Source of the DNA: Spirogloea muscicola | Taxonomy: Eukaryota | DNA length: 44,669 nucleotides | Direction of reading: 5' to 3' | Assembly (NCBI GenBank): GCA_009602725.1 | Contig: WELB01000006.1 | Location: 1,395,553 to 1,440,221, forward strand | In this document: one piece after another, positions 16,470-32,800 of the stretch | Position numbering within the stretch: the stretch's first letter is position 1 | How the letters are laid out: every line of letters begins with the position of its first letter | Position numbers and translations under genes: made by a program | The notes under the pieces: model-generated | What the model saw: the letters and a program-made list of their open reading frames with translations, nothing else | The model's database searches: none | Told to the model about the DNA's origin: nothing

Positions 16470-18880
16470 CTCTTCTCACTTCTCTCTTTTAATATCAGCA
16501 GCCGCTTTCCTCTCACACCCCTTGTCCCCGTTGGGCGAGCCACTTCTCTGCGCTACACTCTCAGCCTCTTCCCTTTCGCTCGGTGAAGTCGACCTGCAGC
16601 TGGTGGAGCCAGCCGGTCGGCTGCGTGGAGCTCCCAGGCGCGGTGCTCTGCCCTCCTCCCCGTGCAGCATCATCATGGCCACGACAGCCATGATCTCGAG
16701 CTGCAACAGATCCGCCTTCGCCTCCGCCGGGCGCAGCTATCAGCAGGCCAGGACTGTCATTCATGATGCAGCAGATCCGCCTCAGCTCGGGCGCCATGCC
16801 TGCGGGCCTGGTAAGCAGGCGGAGGGTGGACCTTGCGCGGCCCGCCGACGCCGTCCTCGCCTGCGCCGCCCCGAGCCCCGTCGCTCGCTGCGCCGCCAAC
16901 GAGCCGGAGCCCGAGCCCCCAGCATCCCCTGGCCAAGCACGCCTGCCGGGCCGTCTCGACGCCTCGCCCCACTACAGCGCACCTCCGCGCCGTCGCCTCC
17001 TCCGTCGTTGTCGTCACTGCTGCTGCCCACATCCACGCCGCCGCCTTCGCCGGCCCCACTTTCTCCGCCGGCGCCGCCTTCCCTGACGTCCTCAATGCCA
17101 GCGCGCCGTCAGCGTCGCCCCCCTACCCGCCATCCCTGCAGTCACCCCTACCATCGCCGTCGCCGCCGCCGTCGCCTCCGCCGCCTTCTCAGCCACCATC
17201 GCTACAGCGCGCACCCTCGCCGCGACCACCACCCGCCCCGCCCTCGTCGCCGCCCCACTGTCTGAGCCTCTGCTGTGTACGCACTGTCAGCGACTCTGCA
17301 AAGGTTGGTGCGGACTAACCCAGCACGAGCACGTCTGCACGGCGCGCGGCAATTGTGCTGCGTACACGTGGAAGACCTCGGCAGCGGGTGGCAGTTGTGG
17401 TGGCCCAGGACGGCGTGTGCCACCAGGGTGCATGCCCGAGCAGCAGCCGAGGGAAGAGGATGAAGAGCTTTCACGCTGCCTTATCCCGGTGGCCCGTGAC
17501 AGTGTGCTGCACAGGGCGGAGGGCTCGACGCAGGTGCGGGCGCGCCCAGCGTGGAACGTGGCGCAGGGAGCGGGAGAGCCTCCTGTCAGTGGACCGTGTC
17601 CAGGTCTAGGTCCGCAGCTCAGTGGCGGCAGTGGTGAGGACCTAGACCTGGCCGCGGTCCACCGACAGGAGGCTTCACGGCTCCTGCGCCATATTGCCCA
17701 CCGGACCCGCTGGGCGCGTCTGCACCTGCGCCAAGCCCTCTGCCCTGTGTTGCAGCACATTGTGGCTGACCACCGCGATGAGGCAGCATGGGATCTCTTC
17801 ATCCGATTCCCTCGGCTGCTGCTCGGGCGTGCACCGCCCCCAGGGCCACAGTTAGGGCGGCCAGCTCCTCTTGGGCCGCATCTTCGTGGGAGGAGCTTCT
17901 GGCGCAGCATGGTGCCTCAGTGGCTGCCGCTGCAGCTGGTCGCCATACTGTTGCAGGCAGCCCGAACGCCAGACAGGGCAGCAAGTGTCCGCTGCGCTCT
18001 TCGCTTCGGCCATGCAGGGGAGCTGTCGAGAGCCGTGCAGGCGCTGGACGATTTGGTGCTGGCGCCGGCGAATGGGAAATGCGGCATGCCTTCACGACCC
18101 TCCATCCCCCGGCGCGCTCTCCTCTGCCCTCATGGTTGGCTTCCTACGCACCGCAGGAGAAGGTGGTCCTCGATGCTGCTCTCTGCAAGGCCCTGCAGAG
18201 CAGCCGGCGCGCAGCTGCGGGCGGCCCCCTGCCCATGCTCCAGAGCACCTGCAGGAGCTCATCCTGGAAGGGGACGAGGCGGACTTCCGGGCATTGCATC
18301 AGGTTTGTCAATGCCTCGCTTAAGACCACGTCCCTGCCAGCATATGCAACGTGCTCTGTGCTAGCACCCTGCTGGCCCTCAGCAAGGCCAACGGCGGCGT
18401 CCACTCCATCGCCATCAGCGAGGTACTTTACCGTCTGGTGGGACGGGCACTGCGGCAGCACTGCAGCAACAGCAAGCAGGACAGGCCCAGACCCACCTTG
18501 CGCCGCATCAATACGGTGCCAGCCTGCGGAGCGGCAGCAAAGCCGTTGTATGGGGTGCGGGCCACCCCTGACCTGCACCCTGAGTGAGTCGTGCTTGCGG
18601 TGGACGTCCGCTATACGTTGAACTGTGTCGACTGAGCCGTTGTTGCTGAGGAGCTGCGGGAGGCCTTCCCAACGATGCTGCCGTTCTTCCTGCTTGGCTG
18701 TGGCCAGCCCAGTGATCTGCTCTGGAGGACTGGAAACAGTGGGGTGGAGGTCCTCAGGTCCACCACGGGCACTCAGCAGGGGGACCCGCTGGCGGGGTTC
18801 TTCTCTGCACTGGCCCACAACCACACTCTGAAGGCCACAGCAGCTGCACACCCGGGCGTCCTCGTGCCCACCTGCGAGAA
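16470..18880 (+). mobile_element. 5' portion of a CRE-clade non-LTR retrotransposon (zinc finger plus N-terminal half of reverse transcriptase), degenerate
   Basis: Zinc finger CTHCQRLCKGWCGLTQHEHVC at 17276-17338; GELSRAVQAL; LLALSKANGGVHSIAISEVLYRLVGRAL; RSTTGTQQGDPLAGFFSALAH. Multiple frameshifts and stops; homology is lost before the YxDD motif. Confidence 0.85.
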
Positions 18881-19566
18881 CCTCTGGCGGCCTGGTCGCC
18901 GGCACATGGAGGAACTAGCACTTCATGCGGTTGCAAGTTCGTTCTTTATCTTTGAATCTGTTGATCCGGCACAGCCTGCAGCCATCTACCTGCCAATGTC
19001 ATTTCTACCTCGTCTTCCTAGACAGGGGGACCTGCTACCCTGTGACTACTTTTCTCTGACCTGCGGCTGCTCACCAGGTGATATTGAGCATCCAGTGGCG
19101 CCTTGGGCCGCTGTCCTTTCTACCTCGTCCTCTGAATTCTGCGCCACAGCCCCATAGGGATGCTCCCGCCTGAACTTGGGAACCTGGGCTGCAGGTGCCG
19201 AGCTCACGCACCTCAGCCTGGCCACTTCCATCTTATGAATATTTGCTCCATGCAAGCCGCAGCACAGGACTCAATGCCACACACTAGAGCAGCCTGCCAC
19301 AGGCAGCTGGTGTTGCCCTTGCCTCCTCCTCCTCCCGGCTACTTGCAACAGTTGACTGCCTTTAGTAGGCAAGGCTGCTTAACCATTACCTACCCATGCT
19401 CAAGCTGCACTTGCCCCAGAAAGTCTACACCTCATTGCACATCATCTTGTCCAACTAAAGGCGATTGCAGAAAGACCCAGGTGCTGTCAAATGCAGCACA
19501 ATAGCAGATAGTCCTGCAGTCACATCAACTCAACCGGCTGGCTCAACTGTTAGATCAACAAGAGGG

Positions 19567-19630
19567 GAGAAAGACGCTTCCAGTAGAGGGCGATAGCTGT
19601 GAGTGGCCAGCCCAGAAAAAGAATGAACAA
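19567..19630 (-). repeat. Dispersed ~65-bp repeat, copy 1
   Basis: The reverse complement, ttgttcattctttttctgggctggccactcacagctatcgccctctactggaagcgtctttctc, aligns with 27390-27452. Confidence 0.8.
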
Positions 19631-19873
19631 GTATCGAAGGGGCCAGAAAGACGCTAAAGCATACAGTGATAAGAGCATAGCAAATACGGCCTGATCAGGG
19701 CTCCTGTTAACGGAAGCCTTCCTACTCCTGCAGTACAGAACACCGCCATGTGACTCTTGGAAATCCATTTTAATAAGTGCCATCCAGATTGAACAGCAAA
19801 TGTATACTTGTGCAGAAGCAACGGAATATGCTAGTCAACCTGCACACTAGCGTACAGCCTTCATAGGCACTGC

Positions 19874-23929
<4,056 letters not shown>

Positions 23930-24657
23930 CGCGTGGCCAATGGCAGAACAAGGGCTCCCGCTGACGTCTTCTCTGTCTCGTGTTGTCCCTGTCTTCACTT
24001 CTCCATATCAGCCGACAGTAGTTGGCAAGTGTCTATGCTCAGTCCGTCCCAATGTTCACATCAGCAAGGTCGATCCGCGTCCAGGTGCTCCTGGCATCCC
24101 TTCCTGGACGTCATGCTAGCTGTAGCCGTCAACAGCCCCCCATTACGGACCGCTTTGACGGTGCCGGTCAAGCATGCCACGCTCGCGAAGCTGCAGCGCC
24201 TACAGTGCCTGCATGAAGCGACCACCAGGTCCGCGCAGGCCGAGCCCGAGCGGCGGCGGCCGGCTGTGGGCCGCCGCTTGCCGCGGCGCCGCCTCCGCCG
24301 CAGCCGCCGCGGAGGGCGCACGGGAAACGGCGGCTCCTGCAGCGGCGCTGGATTCGAAGCGCAGCGCCGTGGGGAGGGGGGGGGGCTCCCGCCACAAAGT
24401 GGGTCCTCTACGGTGACAGGCGGCCACGGGAACCCCCACAACGGACATGCCGCCGTCGCAGACCCCACAGCCGCGACGGCCTGGCCGCGCGAATGCTCCT
24501 AGTAACGGTGACCTCTCTGCGGCGTCCCCGCAGAGGACAGAGCCACCCCGCCACGTGGCGGGCCGGCCCATCCTCCTTGGTACTTCGGCAGCGGCCTGGC
24601 CTGGCCTGCGGACTCACAACTCGCCGCCGCCGCCGCCGCCGCCGCCCCGCCGCCGCC

Positions 24658-26731
24658 ATGGCGCGCTGCGGCGGCGCGCCGAGCCCGACAGNNNNNNNNN
24701 NNNNNNNNNNNNNNNNNNNNNNNNNNNNNNNNNNNNNNNNNNNNNNNNNNNNNNNNNNNNNNNNNNNNNNNNNNNNNNNNNNNNNNNNNNNNNNNNNNNN
24801 NNNNNNNNNNNNNNNNNNNNNNNNNNNNNNNNNNNNNNNNNNNNNNNNNNNNNNNNNGGCGGCCGGAGGCGGCCGCCGGCGCGCCGCGGCGCGGTCAGCA
24901 GTGCGGCGAGCCGGCCATCTCCGAGTCCGACCCGCGCATCGCCGGCCGGAGGTGGGTGGTGGCGCTCGCCGCGGCCACCGTGGCCTTGTTTGGCTTCGGC
25001 AGCGGCAGGCTCAATCCGGTCAAGGCCTCCATGTCCAGAGGTGAGCCCCAGGCTCCAGCTGGCGACTTCTCCGGGTACTAGGCCGTGAAGCTGTGTCATG
25101 GTCTGCCACTTAGCTGCACGGTTTGTCCTCGCGAGTTTGACATCAGTGTCAATTAGGGGCGACAAGTAATGGTCACCTAGGAGCCCGCCAGCTTGAGTTC
25201 TGAAGTGCTCGGATACGTCCGTTTATCGCCTCTGCCATATACCAGCGTGCAGTGCTTCTGACTGCGTGTTGCGCGGTGACTCCTCCAAGTCGTCAAGCTG
25301 AAGGACGTGGACAATCAGGAGCTCCAGGACGCTCTCCGAGCTGCCGTTGCAGGCGATCTGCAGAATTCGGAGAGCCTCTTTGACAAGCTCGTGCTAGACA
25401 ACCCAGACAGTGCCAGCATCTGGTCGAATAGGGGCAGTGTGAGGGTACAGCTGGGCAAGTATGAGGCCGCGACCGAGGACTTCACACGCGCCATTCAGCT
25501 GGCCCCCGATGCACCTGTTCCGTACCTGAATCGAGCTATAGCATACGAGGTATATTTGGGCACTGATTGCGTATGGAGGTGGATCAGGCTTGACCCTTCA
25601 GCAAGCGCATGCACTGAATCTGTTGCCACGTGAACAAAGCAACTTGACCAGCCATACTTGTTCTCCTGCCTCCAGGCCCTGGGGCAGTTTGACGAGGCCA
25701 TTGCAGACTGCAAGAGCGCGATCATCAATGACCCTGATGTGAGGAACTTTGAGCTCCCTTTGCTCACAAGTGACCCAATCTAAGCAAAGCAAGACGGCGG
25801 CTTCCAAATCCTGACCAAGCACGCTGTGTGTCCACCTTCATGTAAGGCAATGTAAGGATTCTCTGATGAAGCCTCTCTTTGGTCTTGCTATCAGGAGTTT
25901 GCAGCTTGGTTCAATTTGGGCAATGCTCAGTCCAAGGTCAAGGATTATCCCAGCGCTCTGAAGGCCTATGAGCGGGCTTCTCTTTTAGCACCTGGCATAG
26001 CAGGCTACCGACTCCGGCAAGCTCTTGCTCTCTTTCAGGTCAGACCACTGTACTGACATCTTTTGCATGATAGTAACGTCATCAGAGCAGTTGCCTGGGG
26101 TCCTTGAGAGAAGGGGCTAGGAGAGGTGTCTTGTCAGAGGGCCTGAGCCTGACCCTACTCTTCTAGTGTCCTCTTTCCTCCATGCTGTCAAGCTTGTGAC
26201 TGAAGAGAGCTATTATACTTACTCCCTAAGACATTGCTGGGCTGTGCAGCTGGAGAGGCCCAGTGAAGCTGCCCAGCTCATGAAAGGATTAGTGAGGAAG
26301 TATCCCAATTACGCTGAGGCGCACGCAGCACTTGCAGCAGTGCTTTGGAGCAGAGACAAGCAGCCTGGAGCTGAGGATGAGTACCGGCAGGCTACAGAAC
26401 AAGAGCCCAACTTTGAGAGCATCCAGTGAGTCCCCCAAGCCTTGTTGGTGACTGGTGCGTTTATTTCCGCAGCTAAAGAGGCATCCTTCTTATCCTGTGT
26501 GCTTGGGATGTATGTCATACGTATTTGCTGATGGTAGGGAGATGATAGCCACACTAGCTCTTGTCAGCCCTCCTCCTGCATCCTCTGATGGGCTGGGCCC
26601 TCAATGTACCCACCCTGTGCTGCCAAGTAAGCTGTTCCCATCCCGTGCTTCCGTGTAGGTGGGTGAAGTCGCGGCTGCAATGGCCTCCCAAGGCTGTGTC
26701 AGCCATGGAGGCATTTCTGGCAATCAAGTGA
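24658..26731 (+). CDS. Tetratricopeptide-repeat protein, cyanobacterial-like, probably plastid-targeted; 5' part interrupted by a gap
   Basis: Spliced TPRs: IWSNRGSVRVQLGKYEAATEDFTRAIQLAP, PYLNRAIAYE|ALGQFDEAIAD, AAWFNLGNA, LVRKYPNYAEAHAALAAVLW, and C-terminal WVKSRLQWPPKAVSAMEAFL*. GT-AG introns; ATG at 24658 is tentative. Confidence 0.8.
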
Positions 26732-27389
26732 GCAACACAGTACTGGGCAGTTGACTGACTGGTGACTTGTGTGCACGCAAGAGTTTGTACATTACCAGGT
26801 GTTTTGAAATTGAATCGTGCTTATGTGGGTGGTGAAGGGAGGCACTTGGTCTTTGGAGAGCTTTGCCTGTTTAATGAGTCGTCTCAAAAGCTCGTAATGG
26901 CAACTGCATAAGCACAAAGTCAGCAGATAGAACAGTATGGTCTTTCATGTCTCGCAGCCGCCACAGCTGACTTGAGGGCTACTTGTACACTAAGATTGTA
27001 GGCACAGTGAAAAGCATCTGTTCAAAGCTGCCTTCATGTCTTGCAGAGGCCACAGCTGACGTCGTGGGGCTGCTTAACAATCTAATTGTGTACCGCCATG
27101 AGCGGATCTGCGTCTGAACGCTGAGAAAGCAAGGAACAGCTCTTCTAATGCCGTCGAGAAGAGGGTTGTCCGCTGCTTCTTTCGCAAAAGGAGATCCAGC
27201 TGATGACTCTGGGAGTAGACAAGAAGCGGAGGCTGCTGGATTCGAACAGGAGCAGCATCAGGAGCAGCCAGAGCAGGAAGAATTTTCAGGAAGAAAGAAG
27301 TCCTCCAGTCGAGGGCGGTGGCTTTCGGAAAGCTCTTCCATAAGGAACGAGGATGGTGGAAAGCCAGCCCAGGAAGGATAGTCCAGAGT

Positions 27390-27452
27390 TTGTTCATTCT
27401 TTTTCTGGGCTGGCCTCTCACAGCCACTGCCCTCTCCTGGAAGCGTCTTCTC
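27390..27452 (+). repeat. Dispersed ~65-bp repeat, copy 2
   Basis: Matches 19567-19630 in the opposite orientation. Shares the head gttcattctttttc(t)gggctgg with the CRE 3' UTR unit at 16384. Confidence 0.8.
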
Positions 27453-27586
27453 TTCATCCAGAAGGGCCTGCATGAAGAAATAAGGCAAAGGCTCAGGTAA
27501 CAAGTGCGAAAGCCGGGCAATGGGGGTGCATAGCAACGAATGTGCGGCGTCCGAGCTGAAGCTGCGAGCTCGAAAGAACCGCGGCG

Positions 27587-27616
27587 ATGGCAGCGGCCGC
27601 CGCCTTCCCTTCGCCC

Positions 27617-27647
<31 letters not shown>

Positions 27648-29304
27648 CCGCCGCCGCCATGCCTGCTGCAGCGGCGCTGCTCGCTCGNGCGGCGGCTGCG
27701 GCTGACGGGCGGGCGCGCGGCGGCGGCGGCGGCGGCGGCGGCGGCAGACACGGAGCGGTTCTACACGACGGTGCAGCAGCAGATCCTGGCGCGCTACGGT
27801 GTGGCGTTCACGTGGGAGCTCAAGGCGCAGATGATGGGGAAGCGGGCACTGGACGCCGCGCGCATCCTCGTGGCGGCCACCGGCCTGGAGGGCCGCCTGG
27901 CGCCTGAGGACTTCCTGCGCGAGCGCGAGGAGCTCCTCCACGGCCTCTTTCCCTCCGCCGCGCTCATGCCTGGTGCGCCTCGCCTGCTGCGGTCGGCCCG
28001 CGCTAACCTAAACCCTAACATCTTGAAACCTAAACCCTAAACCATAAACTTGAAACCCCGCGTCAAGAGCTCCTCCATAATAACCGAGTCTTTGTGTACC
28101 CAAGATGCTGACCCGCTAGCTAGACTCTTGCAATAGTCTGGGGTTTGTTATGTGAAGGCAAACGTTGTCCCGTTGTTGGGTTGTCCTGTGTTGGGCCTTC
28201 TGGCTCACGGAAGGGCGCGACGAAGAAGTATGCCAGTCGGGCCCGCCTGCCTGTGCTGGTGTTATTGGTCCTCATCTTATCGACTTGTGTGCGAGCTGAC
28301 TGGCCGTGAAGAACTCTGCACTGACAGGTGTGGACAGAATGGTGAGGCACCTCCACAGGCACGGCGTGCCTATGGCCGTGGCCACGAGGTTGCCTGCTCC
28401 TGAGGTCCCCTACTACCGCTTCTTGTACATGTCCAGAATCGTTCATACAAGCTGGCAAATGCTAGTCTCTATTGCTATTCTTGGTTGCCACTCAGCGTGA
28501 GCAGAACTGCACAGTAAGCAGGAATAGTGCGCAGAAAACAGTCCACAGAAATTTTGAAGTGAGTGCAAGTACTGGTAATTTTCACTTGTGAGCTTATGTA
28601 CCTGTGGCTGTTGGGCAGCTCGCACAGGAGGCACTATGAGCTGAAGACCGAGCAGCACAGAGCCCTCTTTGCTCTGATGCACCACATTGTCACGGGCGAC
28701 GATCCTGACGTGAAGGATGGCAAGCCGGCTCCAGACATATTTCTTGCAGCAGCTTCCCTCTTCGAGGTGACGGCTCCAGTCATGCCCAGTGGTTGAGGCC
28801 ACTCCTCGGCACACTTCTATGCGTGTGCCATTTCTAGCAGCGCTTGTTGAGGAAGATGTAGGCAAGAGCCTTGATGACACCAAAGTGTCAGGACAACTGC
28901 TCACACGATGCTCTCGTCTGCCAGGCCCCTGCACCGACTCCAGATCAGGTCTTGGTTTTCGAGGACGCCCCGACGGGCGTGCAAGCAGCTGTCAATGCCA
29001 AGATGTGAGCACAGCCCGTCCCTTTAAGCACAGTGTCTTTCAGCCAGTTTTCAGTTCTTGTCTGGTTCTAGATCCGAAGAACTTGAGCTTCATACATGTT
29101 ACAACAACGAGGCTGCTGCTCATCACAAACGAGCATGTGCGATCAGTAATGCTGGTTACCCTGTCGTCAAATTGCAGGCCAGTGGTGATGGTCCCAGACG
29201 AGAATCTGGATTGTAGCCTCTACGAGGGTGCTGATATGGTTTTAAAGTCACTGAAGGATTTTGACCCCAGTGTTTGGGGCTTGCCAGCTTTCGGAGCGAC
29301 ATAG
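27587..29304 (+). CDS. GPP: HAD-family phosphatase, glycerol-3-phosphatase GPP / GS1-like (HDHD1/PUDP family); first exon uncertain
   Basis: DTERFYTTVQQQILARYG..FTWELKAQMMG, LMPG|VDRMVRHL, HHIVTGDDPDVKDGKPAPDIFL, LVFEDAPTGV and FDPSVWGLPAF*. The N-terminal DxD exon is not visible (N at 27688). Confidence 0.85.
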
Positions 29305-29867
29305 TGCTTACTTTCAGCCGTTTTGCATGCTGTGCTAGACATTTATGTTTGCCATGATGATTACTGCTACAGCCTCTCTTGTAATACTTTTTGCAATGTT
29401 GTACTTGGGAGCTCAAAGGTTTCTCTAGGCCATGCAAGAATCACAGTTCTCTAAGCATGCCTTATACTTGAACAAGTTGTCACATATCTTACCGCATCGT
29501 TGAGCAGCGATGACATGATATACCCATATGGAGGAGCAATTGGAGACAAGTCCTGTAGTCACAAGAACCCTTTTCAAGAGTTCTGGGATGGCAGCATTAT
29601 TAACCTTCTTATACTTGCCACTTGTCACTGATCTGAGAGGACTATGGTTTGCACCTTCAGCTGCGATAATGTCAAGACCACTTAAACCTCAGCACACTCA
29701 ATAATGACAACTGTCGTGGGAACTAATCTTCGTTCTGGACTGAGAAACCTGTGTAGGCCCACACCTCTTAGGATGTATTCATGGCCTTGGAGGAGCAGAA
29801 AGTAACGCTACTGAAGTAGGAGGCGTCCAAGGGCAATGTTACCCAAGAACCAGAATGCTATTTGGGG

Positions 29868-32800
29868 CTACATAATTGCTGGAAGCCTGGCAGGGAGCCT
29901 GATTGGAAGCTTCGCCGGCATGGCTCTGAGTGACGGTGAGCTGAGCTCTCTAAAGCCGTCATTTAATAAGACACTGCTTGCATAGCCCGAAGAGGCGATG
30001 TCTGGTGGCGAGGCTGCCACGCCGCGGACAGGCAACCCGTTCCGACACAGCGACTCTCTAAGCGAGCCAGCCTCCAGGCTGCTCGGCCAGTCGTGCGACC
30101 TGTCAGTATAGCTCCTCCCGATGTCCATGTCCTCATCATTTTCGTCCTCATCCTCGTCCTCGGCGTCACTGCCCGAGGAGGTCGACCCCTCATAGTCTGA
30201 CATTACATCCGACTCCTCCGCCCTCTCCTCCTGCACTGCCAGTACGTCCGCATGGGAAGTCTGCTCCACTTCCCCGTCGTGCACTTGCCACCGCTGAAAG
30301 TGTGGCGTGATGAACCTGTTGGGGCCAGGTCATATGCAACCACCACACATCAGATGCCACCAGAGACGTGAGTGCTTTATGCCCATCTCAGATATTGATG
30401 AGGTGCAAATATCGCCTGAGGCATGTATAGCATGCACCCCAAGACGGACTCAAGAGTTACTTCATTGCAGCCACTTTTGTACCACAGGAGCTGGCTCAGA
30501 CTCCACCTACCTTGCAGATTGTTGCAGCATGTAAGGATCAAACGGGAAAAAGGTATCCAACTGGTTCTCGCCACCGAAGCGAGAGGCCAGCAGCCGCTCA
30601 CTGGAAGATGGCAGCCTCGGAAGCCCGTCCAACTTCAGCAATACCACCTGCCGGTCATACTCTTGCACAACAGCGTCCGTGCACATCTGAAGGCACCAAA
30701 GGAGGCACATCAGAATCTGCATGTCCAATGCATGACCTGCATCCTCTCAACGGATCAGACGCTCTCCATATCAGAAACAGATAAAAAGATTCTGCCATCC
30801 AGCTCATAAAGCAAGCAAAGGAGATATGAGTATTTAGGAAAGCATAGTGCTCCAACCTCCAGGGGTTTGAGTTTGTCATTGAAGAGTCTGTGGAGTGGCC
30901 AGGACTGGAGGGCAGTGATGGTAGTAGGGTCGGCTGCCAACTGGGCCAGCCTGAAGCAAAGGGTGTAGAGAAGAGCCTGGCAAACAGAAAGTGACATCTG
31001 TTTCAGACAGGGGAAACAAGGGCACAAACGCATGCTGCATAACGGCAAGAGGCTGAATGCTGTCATTGTGTACTGCTCCAAGACGCCCTTGTAGCTAAGC
31101 ACTTTGCTTGGGCTGCATTTAAGCAAAGTGAATCACCTGGAAGGCAGAGTAGAACACGCTGTGCAAACGAGCAGCCTCATTGGCAGGCAGCCTGGGGCTT
31201 CCCAGAAGAGATCTGTCCATCTTGGAGACCCTATCCGCGTAAGTTACACACCAAGCGGCCAGCCTGCAGAGAGCTAGCACGTGGAGTGAGAATCCGAGCC
31301 AGGCACCCAGCACCCACTCACTGCATTTTGCTGTTAATACAGCGGGCATTTAGCACATGAGCAGACAGGAAGAGCCGCGAGCTGGACCTGTCCAGAGCTG
31401 AAGACACGGTCTGTAAGGAGAGGTACTTTGCCCTAGACAAGAAGCTGGCAAGGTAGGCAGCAGCTGCCATTCTGCAGCACAACACAATATGATCAGGCAA
31501 TTGCAGTGCATATACGCTGCATGTACGTACTAGCAATGCACCACAGCAGAAACTCAGGTGACGAGAGTAAAGAGTCAGTAGTAGCTCTCAAGCACTGGGC
31601 ACTGTTCTGCTTGACATTTCTAGTCACCGTGACAGACCATGTTCAATGTGTGATTACAATCACGGACTATGTTCAAGCATGGGAGCTGCAATTATGTACT
31701 CTTGCTCGGAGTACTGACCTTGTGTTGGAAGAATGTGTAGGGGTTGAGATGAGATCGTGAAGAAGGCAGATGTATGACTGACTAAAATGTTGGGGCGCCA
31801 AAGAGTAAAAATAGAATAACAAGAACTGCACACAAGTCACCAACTTAATTAGGCAAACCAGGACTGATGCACAAGCATGTGCACACTTTTCCTCCTCACT
31901 AATACATGCAACAAGCAACTTACCAGGTGGCATGCCTCAATAAAGACAACGTGACAAAGTTTCTATCCCGTGCATTGCAGTGTCGGCCAAGACCAATGCA
32001 AGACCCACCTGTGTGAATTTGGACTTGTACGTGTCAAGTATAGTAAGCTGGAAGGATCGTGTGAGGGTCTCGTGGACCTGTGTCCAGGATAGCAGAAACG
32101 TGGGCAACATAAGTAATTATAAGACCAATAGTGCACTACATAAACAGATCTTGCTAAGTATCACTGGCCTTTTGTCAATGCAGGGAATGATGCTCAAATG
32201 CACAGACGCTAGTAATATGATGACCAATATCACTGACACCCAAGTCTACACCCTTGTCCAAATTAAACCCTTGTCAATACAAATATTCGCTGGCATTGTC
32301 AGGTGCACCTGAGCAAGCTCCCCTTTGCTGACCCTTCTGTGAATGTGCACAAAGGCCATTTCCATGATATGGTCCATCTTGTCCGCCATCTCGTCCAACG
32401 TGGGGACCTTGCCGCACGACGCCCCACCAAACCCTTCGGCAGCGCTCTGCAATATGACACACTGCTAGATGAGCTGGCATTGCAGAAACAATGTCTTGGT
32501 AAGGTGCTCCTGGGATTATTTTGGTGTCACAATCTCTTGAGAACAAGGCTGCCTGAGAAATGCCAAACAGAAACATGAAACCCATCTTGTCAGGAAATTG
32601 AACTGGCTGGCACATAGCAGTCCCTCTGGCATTTACCTGGGGTTGCAATGCTCCCAGGTCTTCATGGTAGTTCCCAGAGTGACTGTCAGGGCCCTCCTCA
32701 CCATTCTCCAGGTCCATGTGAAAAAGGTGTACTTTCCTAGCATCGTCACTTGCGACAATGTCTTCCCACCTGATTTCCACCTATACACATAGAAGCAACT

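Noticed and set aside
16296..16545. Spaced repeats (ttctcaatgggcgagcac) superficially like a CRISPR array
   Set aside because: Only two full units with irregular spacing, no cas genes, eukaryotic context; explained as retroelement 3' UTR duplications.
16150..16620. Possible HDV-like or hammerhead ribozyme at the retroelement 5' end
   Set aside because: Could not build the HDV nested pseudoknot or find a CUGAnGA/GAAA core by eye; an Infernal or RNArobo search would be needed.
26940..27061. About 30-bp imperfect direct repeat (ttcatgtct.gcag..gccacagctgac) at 26944 and 27033
   Set aside because: Two short copies in intergenic or UTR DNA with no enclosed element evident; probably a local duplication.
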